64,000 nt of DNA from an uncultured Acidobacteriota bacterium (GTDB lineage Bacteria > Acidobacteriota > Thermoanaerobaculia > Multivoradales > UBA5704). A program made the translations under genes and the position numbers. The DNA lies in the NCBI GenBank assembly GCA_963770895.1, contig CAVYRF010000002.1:1504001-1568000 (forward strand), written 5' to 3'. Shown piece after piece: positions 49,730 through 57,838 of the stretch; position 1 is the stretch's first letter; every line of letters begins with the position of its first letter. The notes beneath the pieces were generated by a model. It was not told the DNA's origin. It saw only the letters and a list, made by a program, of their open reading frames with translations, and ran no database searches.

Positions 49730-50150
49730 TCGCGCCGGGCCTGTCGCTCCAGCTGCAGACGATCCACGACTCGCCGCACCGTCTCTTCGACGAGGCGATC
49801 GAAACCTCCTGGTGGCGGCGGATCGTCTTCGACCGACGACAGGTCGCCCTGGTACCCCATGGCTTCAAAAGCCTCCAGCAGCTCGTCCGCTGCTGCACGG
49901 CGCTTTTTCGCCGCTCGGCCACGATCTCGAAAAACTTCTCCTCGGGCATGCCGAGCACGTGCAATACGGAAACGATGTGTTTGACCTTCAGGTCGACCTC
50001 GCCGCAGAACACCCGCCGCAGGGATTTTGGTCCCTGCCCAAGCCGCCGCTCCACTTCGGTCACCGTCAGGCCGGCAGCGCGGATGATCTGACGCAGGACG
50101 ACCCCATAGTGACGGACTTCCTGCTCGGCCGAGAAAGGCTTCTTCGCCAT
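49675..50150 (-). CDS. XRE-like HTH regulator, frameshifted at A5 (49904-49908)
   Basis: LRQIIRAAGLTVTEVERRLGQGPKSLRRVFCGEVDLKVKHI; one extra A gives RKKRRAAADELLEAFEAMGYQGD..., joining the 49675-49860 ORF. Confidence 0.7.
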
Positions 50151-50331
50151 GGTCGTCGCAGTGTAGCTGATTCTTACCCTTCTACCCCCCTTTTCCGACC
50201 TTCCGGCAGCAGATGAAACACTCAGCATTTACGGCGACCCAATGCGCGTTTCGACGCCGCGGGTGAGCCACCGGCAGGACCAGGGCCGGCCCCCCCATGC
50301 AACAGCTAAGGGCTGCTGTGCGCGCCGCCGT

Positions 50332-50375
50332 CCCGGCGCAAGGCTCGGCGACGACGGCAGGATCATCAGGTCTTC
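50332..50375. repeat. 44-bp remnant of rhsB (copy of 56661-56704)
   Basis: CCCGGCGC(A/C)AGGCTCGGCGACGACGGCAGGATCATCAGG(T/C)CTTC; encodes LMILPSSPSLAPG in both places. Confidence 0.85.
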
Positions 50376-50760
50376 AAGCCGGATCATCCTCGATGGCGAC
50401 GAAACCGCCAAGGATGCTTTCGAACCGATGAAAGTCAAAATCACAAAGCACACGGCGGAAGTCGTCCGTGAGCGCAGCCCCGTACACCTCCAGTCTACGA
50501 GCAACGGGATGTTGGTCATATCCGCCATGATGCCTGTCGATCGTTGCAACCATACCTGCACCCAGCTCCTCAGGGGAACGAAGCTTCGAGTTGTCGAAGG
50601 TTGTCACCTCCCGGCCCTCAGCCCTCAGCCGTCGTATGACAGGACCATTGGTCTCCGAATTCACGACCCAGACCGGCGCGCGAGCGGCCAGCGCCACGAG
50701 ACCCTCGCCAAGCTCGTGGTCGAGAACCAAGGCTACCGTGGACCATGCATGAGTGGGCAT
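50374..50760 (-). CDS. Putative immunity protein for the orphan Rhs cassette
   Basis: Small ORF directly downstream of the orphan toxin tip; VALVLD...PVWVVNSETN...TTF...IDRHHG...LEVYG; start at 50760 or 50790. Confidence 0.65.
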   Translation of the reverse strand: MPTHAWSTVALVLDHELGEGLVALAARAPVWVVNSETNGPVIRRLRAEGREVTTFDNSKLRSPEELGAGMVATIDRHHGGYDQHPVARRLEVYGAALTDDFRRVLCDFDFHRFESILGGFVAIEDDPA

Positions 50761-50838
50761 CAAGATTATCCTTGCTAAATGTGGTGGCATCTGGTGCCGT
50801 GCTTACGAACCAGGGGCCTCAGTCAGGTATACCTCACC

Positions 50839-52880
50839 TCAATCTTCAACCAGTGTAGCCCACCCGTAGCCCGGCGGACCCGTTCGGGACGTAGACTGCG
50901 CGTTGTCGCTGAGCCACTGCAGGAAGGGAGGTAGCTTCAGTAGGTTCTGCAGCTCCTGCTGGTACAGCATCTGCAGCACAACGCCTTCCGTAGCCAGGAG
51001 GTTCATGAAGTTGCTCAGGCTACTGGGCGACGGGATGCTGTCGTCTGGCACCAACTGCGGTTGTGAGGGATCGGTAGGTATCGGCAATGAGCTAGGGGGA
51101 AGCGCCCCTGGTACGCGGGGACTGGGGCCTCCTCTCTGCCAATTCTTCCACTTCCAGTCATGAGCGTGTGGATCTCCCTGACCGTGATCGTGGCCGTAGT
51201 CAATGTCTTTGTCGGCACAGCCGTCGGGACCAAAGTGCCTCCAAGTTCCACCCCCATCGGGATCAGGGATCCATTGCCACGTGTCCGGCGGACCCCCCCG
51301 AGCGGGGGGTTTCCAAGAGTCGCCGAGGGGGTCGAACAGATTCACCGGATCACCGGACGCGTATTGGTAAAGGCCTGTCTCGCCAGTCTGCGGTTTGGGA
51401 TCGCGGCTCTCCCACCGTCCGAGGCTTGGATCATAAGCGCGGAACTTGGTGAGGGAGAGGCCCGAGGGAGAGTGGTAATAGTAACTTGCAAAACCGAACC
51501 TTGGCGGGGTGCCTTCGTTGATGGTGAGGCGGCCGTACGGGTCATAGTCGTAGCGGCTGACGACATTGCCGCTGGTATCGGTGACTTCGCGCACGCTGCC
51601 CAGATGGTCGTAGGAGAAGTAGTAATTGCCACCGCCGGACTGCATGCCTCCCGGGAAGAAGCGGGTGAGGATCGGCTCAGTTGGGCAGGTGATGGTCTTG
51701 GGGGTGTCTCCCAAGGGGATGGTGGTGCCGGAATAGGTGATGGACAGGCTGTGGGTGGTGCCGGAGTAGAGGGCTGGCGTGGAGTAGGTGAAACCGTGGT
51801 CGCCGTTGCCCTTGCCGGCAGTTTGCAGGTCCTGGCGGAAGTTGGCGGCGGGGATGGTGGCGAGCAGGGCGCCGTTGTCGTAGATGTCCACGTTGAGGGC
51901 GGCGTTGGGTTGATTGGCATCCCAGGCCCAACCAACCAGCTGGGTGCAATCGGCAGTGTCGAAGTACCCGCCGAAGTTGGCGCTGGAACAGGTGAGCGTT
52001 TGCGGGGCGCCGATGACCGTCGGCGTGCCGCCGGCTTTGAGGGTGATGGTCTGAGCGGTGCCGGTCTTGAGGGCAGCGGGGGTGGGGAGGAAGAAGCCGT
52101 GGGCGCCGTTGCCAATGCCGGCGTTTTCCAGGTCCTGGCGGAAGGTGCTGGCAAGGACGGTGGCGATCAGGGTCGTGCCGTCGTAGACGTCGACGTTGAT
52201 CGGGTCGTTGGGTTCGGTGGCGTCCCAGGCCCAGCCGGCGAGCTGGGTGCAGCTGGGGCTGGCGAACGAGCCCGCAAAGCTGGGCGCGGTACAGGTCACG
52301 GTGCGGGTGCCGAGCGACGTCGTCGTGCCGGTGAGCAAGAGCGTCACGGCCTGCGCCGTGCCGGTCTTGAAATGCGCGGGCAAGGGGTAGGTAAAGCCGT
52401 GGTTGCCGTTGCCGGCGCCGGCGAGCTTGAGGTCGCTGCGGTAGGTGTTGGCCAGCACCGTTGCCTCGCTGGTCGTGCCGGACTCGATGCTGACGCTGAC
52501 CGGCGTGTTCGGCTGGGCGGGATTCCACGCCCAGCCGGCCACCTGGTTGCAGTTGAGGCTGTCGAAGTTGCCAGGCGCGGTGACGGTTCCGGTCGGATCG
52601 ACGGTGGCGTCCGTCTCTTCGACGATCTGGTCTTCCACCCAGATGTAATGCCGGCTGCTCGCCACTGCGCCGTTGTTCAGCTCGGTGATGAGCACGCGCC
52701 GCCCCAACCCGTCGTAGGCGAACTGGCTGCGCTGGGCGCCGATGTTGATCGCGGTCAGCCGATTCTCTGCATCCCATTCGTAGGTGCGGGTGCCGTCGGA
52801 CAGCAGGTTGCCGTTGGCATCGTATTGGAACGCCTGCCCCTGGCCGAGAGCTGCGACGACCGCGTTGCCGAGGCCTGGAT
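50839..52880 (-). pseudogene. Orphan Rhs C-terminal cassette (YD repeats + 3 inserted domains + Rhs core + toxin tip)
   Basis: Near-identical to rhsB 54880-56240 (offset 3361); DHLGSVRE, RAYDPSLGRWESRDP, DPVNLFDPLG, then a different tip; no credible start. Confidence 0.85.
51520..52880. repeat. ~1.36 kb direct repeat shared with 54880-56240
   Basis: Base-by-base match at both ends with constant offset 3361 and only scattered substitutions. Confidence 0.92.
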
Positions 52881-52953
52881 TTGATCCAGTGCGAATCGAG
52901 CCGGTGCGACAGAAATGGTCTCTGTCTGCTATCCTTGACTGAGGAGGACCTTC

Positions 52954-53304
52954 ATGCCTTTCCCAAGAAAATTTAAACCCCTGCTTGATATCGAACTCCC
53001 CGACGTCGACAGACCGGATTACGCATGGCTCGTCTACGCAGTTTGCGCCTGCAGCAAGGATGCATGCGGCTGGGGGGGGTGGATTATCGACTCCGTGTAT
53101 CAACATACGCAGGAGCTTCGGGAGACAACGCGCGTGGATAAGCTCCTCCCCTTCGATGACACGCAGAGATGCCCGAGCTGCGGCGGCACTCTATTCAGAA
53201 CGGGAGCCGAATTGAGATTCGAGCCCTCGATCGATCAATCCCCCAAATGGGGAACACCCGGCGTCGATTATGAAGTTGTCACGATGAAATTTGAGGACGA
53301 ATGA
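52954..53304 (+). CDS. Cys-rich hypothetical protein in inverted orientation within the Rhs array
   Basis: RBS GAGGAGG; YAVCACSKDACGWGGW and RCPSCGG motifs; AT-richer than the host genes. Confidence 0.7.
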   Translation: MPFPRKFKPLLDIELPDVDRPDYAWLVYAVCACSKDACGWGGWIIDSVYQHTQELRETTRVDKLLPFDDTQRCPSCGGTLFRTGAELRFEPSIDQSPKWGTPGVDYEVVTMKFEDE

Positions 53305-53420
53305 ACCTCATCGCGCCGCGGGCGTCTGCGCTGACCGGACGGCAGCTGCCGCGCCAGGGCGGCTGCTGCGGATCTTCATTTCGTCGACGCCTCACCTCCC
53401 TCACGAGCAGTGTCGCGTTG

Positions 53421-53615
53421 TCACCAGACCAACCACAGGAAAGGTGAAGGCGGCAGCGGCGGCGGCGAATTCGACGCATTCGACCGTTGCGCTTGCAGGT
53501 AGTCAGCCAGGCCTTCCAGACCTTGCGACCACTCGTTGATGGAGTTGGCAGCCTGCGCGGCATACATTCCTTCCAGCAACTGCAAGCCCCACATCCATTG
53601 ATATAACGGGTTGGG
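53421..53615 (-). pseudogene. Remnant C-terminal tip of another Rhs cassette (tentative)
   Basis: PNPLYQWMWGLQLLEGMYAAQAANSINEWSQGLEGLADYLQAQRSNASNSPPPLPPSPFLWLVW*; similar in style to the orphan's tail and followed by the same GAGGTGAGG. Confidence 0.4.
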
Positions 53616-53650
53616 AAAGGCGAGGACACCTCGCGCCCGCCGGTGCAGCA

Positions 53651-53803
53651 GCCGCCGCCATCCCCCGCCCCCCAGACGTCACCAACCGAACCGCCTCTAA
53701 CTTGAACTCCCGACTGAATTTCCGTCTCGTCTCTGCCATCGCGTCACCCCTCTCGCCCATTATGCGGGCTTTTCGAGGTGTCCGCTAATCCGGGGCAAGG
53801 CCA
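53651..53803 (-). mobile_element. Truncated IS3-family element (left end + start of orfA)
   Basis: IRL-like TGGCCTTGCCCCGGATTAGCGGACAC; orfA MAETRRKFSREFKLEAVRLVTSGG breaks off after about 30 codons. Confidence 0.8.
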
Positions 53804-54210
53804 GAGGTTTCACCATGGCCTTCAGTGAGCTCCTCTACGGTCACACCTTCGGCCACCACCTCGATTTCACCACTTTTCGGGGTCAGGACCAGAACGTAAA
53901 GGCGATCTTTCTCGGATGCACTGAAGAGGTTGGGAAGCTCCGGGTTCTTCTCCTTGGAGAGCTCGAGGTTCTCAAAAATGCTGTCGTAACACGCAGTCTT
54001 AAACTTTAGATCGAGGACGGCGCGAAGCCCACGGGCATTCTGAAAGGTGACCTCGACCTCTCGCGGTGGGACTCGAGCCGACCGCTCGTCGGTGCGGATC
54101 CGAAATCTGACCTCATTCCCGTAGCGCGTTTCGCTCACTGCAACCGTACGCACGGAGAATTCGAACAGGCGCCAATCGTGGAAGTCGATGCGTTCAAATG
54201 CGCTGGCCAT
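53785..54210 (-). CDS. Putative immunity protein for RhsB
   Basis: Starts 22 bp after the rhsB stop with RBS GAGG; acidic 141 aa with N-terminal DFHD motif. Confidence 0.7.
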   Translation of the reverse strand: MASAFERIDFHDWRLFEFSVRTVAVSETRYGNEVRFRIRTDERSARVPPREVEVTFQNARGLRAVLDLKFKTACYDSIFENLELSKEKNPELPNLFSASEKDRLYVLVLTPKSGEIEVVAEGVTVEELTEGHGETSGLAPD

Positions 54211-54232
54211 GCTTAACCTCGCTGTAAGGCGT

Positions 54233-57200
54233 TCACAACGTTGCCAGGGCCACGACCGCGCAGCATTCAGGGCAGATTATGCACCCTACAACGGCGCCGG
54301 CGGCGCCAAGTGCTAGCGCGGGAATCAACCACGGCGATGCAGGTGAGGCTGAGGGGAAATCCGGCAACTGGTGCCACCACGGGCTGAAATTGGGGATCTG
54401 CCACTTCTTGACCGGACACACCTGCGGCTTCGTCGGGTCCGCCGGTCGCGGCCTGGGATTGTCCAGTTCGTGCGCGTCGCCTCGTGCTGGGGCGTCCGGG
54501 TCCGAGTGATCCCAATCGTGACCATGGGGCGAATTCAGCTCGGGATGGTGTTCGGGATGGCCCCAGTCTTGATCGTGCAGCGGTTCTCCCTGCGGTCCCC
54601 ACAGCCGCCACTGTCCGCCCCTTCCCTGGGTGTCTCGGGAAGGGAACCACTCCCAGGTGTCCGGCTGCCCGCGAGAAGGTATGGCGCCGTCTCGATCAGA
54701 AAGGTCCTGGGGATCGTTGTCTGCATATGCATACAGGCTGGTTCCTAGGAACGGGACCGGATCGCGGCTTTCCCAGCGGCCCAGGTTGGGGTCGTAGGCG
54801 CGGTATTCGGTCAGGCTCAAACCCGACGGTTGGTGGTAGTACATCCCGGCGTACCCGAAGCGGGGCGGAACACCCTGGTTGACGGTCAGACGCCCGTAGG
54901 GGTCGTAGTCGTAGCGGCTGACGACGTTGCCGCTCGTATCGGTGACTTCGCGCACGCTGACCAGGTGGTCGTAGGAGAAGTAGTAATTGCCGCCGCCGGA
55001 CTGCATGCCTCCTGGGAAGAAGCGGGTGAGGATGGGCTCGGTTGGACAGGTGATGGTCTTTGGGGTGTCTCCCAGGGGGAGGAGAGTGCCAGAATAGGTG
55101 ACGGACAGGCTGTGCGTGGTGCCCGAGTAGAGCGCCGGCGAGGTGTAGGTGAAGCCGTGCGCGCCGTTGCCCTTGCCGGCGTTTTCCAGGTCCTGGCGGA
55201 AGTTGGCGGCGGGGAGGGTGGCGAGCAGGGCGCCGTTGTCGTAGAGGTCCACGTTGAGGGCGGCGTTGGGTTGATTGGCATCCCAGGCCCAACCAACCAG
55301 CTGGGTGCAATCGGCAGTGTCGAAGTACCCGCCGAAGTTGGCGCTGGAACAGGTGAGCGTTTGCGGGGCGCCGATGACCGTCGGCGTGCCGCCGGCTTTG
55401 AGGGTGATGGTGTGGGCGGTGCCGGTCTTGAGGGCGGCGGGCGTGGGGAGGAAGAAGCCGTGGGCGCCGTTGCCAATGCCGGCGTTTTCCAGGTCCTGGC
55501 GGAAGGTGCTGGCAAGGACGGTGGCGATCAGGGTCGTGCCGTCGTAGACGTCGACGTTGATCGGGTCGTTGGGTTCGGTGGCGTCCCACGCCCAGCCGGC
55601 GAGCTGGGTGCAGCTGGGGCTGGCGAACGAGCCCGCAAAGCTGGGCGCGGTACAGGTCACGGTGCGGGTGCCGAGCGACGTCGTCGTGCCGGTGAGCAAG
55701 AGCGTCACGGCCTGCGCCGTGCCGGTCTTGAAATGCGCGGGCAAGGGGTAGGTAAAGCCGTGGTTGCCGTTGCCGGCGCCGGCGAGCTTGAGGTCGCTGC
55801 GGTAGGTGTTGGCCAGCACCGTCGCCTCGCTGGTCGTGCCGGACTCGATGCTGACGCTGACCGGCGTGTTCGGCTGGGCGGGATTCCACGCCCAGCCGGC
55901 CACCTGGTTGCAGTTGAGGCTGTCGAAGTTGCCAGGCGCGGTGACGGTTCCGGTCGGATCGACGGTGGCGTCCGTCTCTTCGACGATCTGGTCTCCCACC
56001 CAGATGTAATGCCGGCTGGTGACCACCGCGCCGTTGCTCAATTCGGTGATCAGCACGCGCCGCCCCAGCCCGTCGTACGCGAACTGGCTGCGCTGGGCGC
56101 CGATGTTGATCGCGGTCAGCCGATTCTCTGCATCCCATTCGTAGGTGCGGGTCCCGTCGGACAGCAGGTTGCCGTTGGCATCGTATCGGAACGCCTGCCC
56201 CTGGCCGGGAACGGTGACGACCGCGGTTGCGGAGGCCTGCACCTGCGGGTCGGCGTGGCTCGCGGCGGTGATGGTGACGGTGCCGTCGATCGTGGGGGCC
56301 GTGAAGAGCCCGGTCGCGTCGATCGAACCTGCCGACGCGGACCACAGGACGCCGGTGTCGGCGGCGCCGGTGACGGCGGCGGTGAACTGCTGCATGCCGC
56401 CCGCGGCCACCGCGGTTTCCGCCGGGGCGACGGCGATCCCGATCAGCGGGCCGGCGCTCACGGTCACCGTCGCCAAGCCCTGCACGGGACCGCCTCCCAC
56501 CGCGGTGGACGCCGCCAGGACGTGATAGACGCCAGCGCTGGCGGGAGCAGTGTAGAGCCCCGCCGCGGTGATACTGCCGCCCGCTGAGCCCTCCTGGACG
56601 CTCCAGGTCACGGCCGGGTTGGCGACGCCGCTGACCTGCGCGGTGAAGGCCTGGCTGGCGCCCGGCGCCAGGCTCGGCGACGACGGCAGGATCATCAGGC
56701 CTTCGCCCACCGTCACCGTCGCGGTGCCCGATTGCGCCGGATTCGCCGCTGCCGTGGCCGTGACGGTGTAGACGCCGGGCACGGCAGGCGCGGTGAACAG
56801 GCCGTTGGCTGCAATCGACGCTGCGCCCGGACCGGCAACCGACCAGGTCACCGCCTGGTTGGGATGCGGCTCACCGTTGGGGTCTTCCACCACCGCCGTG
56901 AAGGGCTCCTGCTGCCCGGAATCGAGCACCGAGCGCGACGGCGAAACGGCGACTCCGCTCACCGGCATGGTGGTCACGACCGTCAGCGCCGCGGTGCTGG
57001 TCGCCAGCGGGTTGCCCAAGGTCTGCACCGTGACGGTGTAGGAGCCGGCGGCCGCGCTGACCGGCACCTGGAGCAGACCGGTGCTCGAAAAGATAGCTCC
57101 CGGCAACGTCGAGGACCATTGCACGCTCTGCTGGCTGCCGGTCACGTCGGCAAAGAATTGCCGCGAGGTGCCTGGCAGGACGGTCACGGCCGCCGGCGCC

Positions 57201-57838
57201 ACGGCGACGTCGACCACCTGCACGGTCGCAACGGCCACGACACCGGAGAGGTTGTTTTCCAAGTTTTCGACATAGACGTGGAACGTCCCTCCCGACCGGC
57301 CTGCGTTGTGGTAGAACTGGCCGACGGGGCCAGCATCCGCTTGACCACCCCCAAGCGCCCAACCGCTCGGATCATCCGTCCACCAAGCGTATGCCTGCGA
57401 GCTCGCGTTGACGACGCTGGCGTAGAAATCGATGGTCTGGCCGGCAGCGACCACGGCAGTCAGCGGGCTCACCGAGGTCACCGGAGGGCCTGGAACGGTG
57501 ATGTTGAGATGCCCCGTGGTGCCGTCACCGCCAGTGCCGGTCAGGGTGTACACGCCGGCCGTGGTGCCGGCAGTGACCTGGATCGACGTATTGGTGAAAT
57601 TGCTCAGGGTGACTCCTGCCGATGGGTAAATCGACCAGGTGACCCCGTAGGCACCGGGATTGTCGATTCCGTTGTAGGTCGCATATTCGGTCTGGTTCAA
57701 AGTGGTCGGTCCGCTGATCGTGACCGTTTCCTGGGCACCTGCCGGCCGGATCGAGCCGCCGGCAACGATGACGGCGCACACCAGGACGAACGGCAGCCAC
57801 CGGCCGCGCACGGCTTCCACCCGACGCTCAGTTCTCAT
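54233..57838 (-). CDS. RhsB: signal peptide + Ig-like repeats + distal Rhs shell and core + C-terminal toxin
   Basis: RBS GGGAGG; signal peptide ...PAGAQ; BIG2-like VxPxxxxV...QFTAxV...VxWS...G.I...GLFTAP repeats; YDANGNL, WDAENRL, YDGLGRR, YDPYG, RAYDPNLGRWESRDP, DPQDLSDRDG. Confidence 0.88.
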   Translation of the reverse strand: MRTERRVEAVRGRWLPFVLVCAVIVAGGSIRPAGAQETVTISGPTTLNQTEYATYNGIDNPGAYGVTWSIYPSAGVTLSNFTNTSIQVTAGTTAGVYTLTGTGGDGTTGHLNITVPGPPVTSVSPLTAVVAAGQTIDFYASVVNASSQAYAWWTDDPSGWALGGGQADAGPVGQFYHNAGRSGGTFHVYVENLENNLSGVVAVATVQVVDVAVAPAAVTVLPGTSRQFFADVTGSQQSVQWSSTLPGAIFSSTGLLQVPVSAAAGSYTVTVQTLGNPLATSTAALTVVTTMPVSGVAVSPSRSVLDSGQQEPFTAVVEDPNGEPHPNQAVTWSVAGPGAASIAANGLFTAPAVPGVYTVTATAAANPAQSGTATVTVGEGLMILPSSPSLAPGASQAFTAQVSGVANPAVTWSVQEGSAGGSITAAGLYTAPASAGVYHVLAASTAVGGGPVQGLATVTVSAGPLIGIAVAPAETAVAAGGMQQFTAAVTGAADTGVLWSASAGSIDATGLFTAPTIDGTVTITAASHADPQVQASATAVVTVPGQGQAFRYDANGNLLSDGTRTYEWDAENRLTAINIGAQRSQFAYDGLGRRVLITELSNGAVVTSRHYIWVGDQIVEETDATVDPTGTVTAPGNFDSLNCNQVAGWAWNPAQPNTPVSVSIESGTTSEATVLANTYRSDLKLAGAGNGNHGFTYPLPAHFKTGTAQAVTLLLTGTTTSLGTRTVTCTAPSFAGSFASPSCTQLAGWAWDATEPNDPINVDVYDGTTLIATVLASTFRQDLENAGIGNGAHGFFLPTPAALKTGTAHTITLKAGGTPTVIGAPQTLTCSSANFGGYFDTADCTQLVGWAWDANQPNAALNVDLYDNGALLATLPAANFRQDLENAGKGNGAHGFTYTSPALYSGTTHSLSVTYSGTLLPLGDTPKTITCPTEPILTRFFPGGMQSGGGNYYFSYDHLVSVREVTDTSGNVVSRYDYDPYGRLTVNQGVPPRFGYAGMYYHQPSGLSLTEYRAYDPNLGRWESRDPVPFLGTSLYAYADNDPQDLSDRDGAIPSRGQPDTWEWFPSRDTQGRGGQWRLWGPQGEPLHDQDWGHPEHHPELNSPHGHDWDHSDPDAPARGDAHELDNPRPRPADPTKPQVCPVKKWQIPNFSPWWHQLPDFPSASPASPWLIPALALGAAGAVVGCIICPECCAVVALATL

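Noticed and set aside
52881-53106. N-terminus of the 755-aa orphan Rhs ORF
   Set aside because: Antisense to the 52954-53304 gene and outside the rhsB homology; not a credible start.
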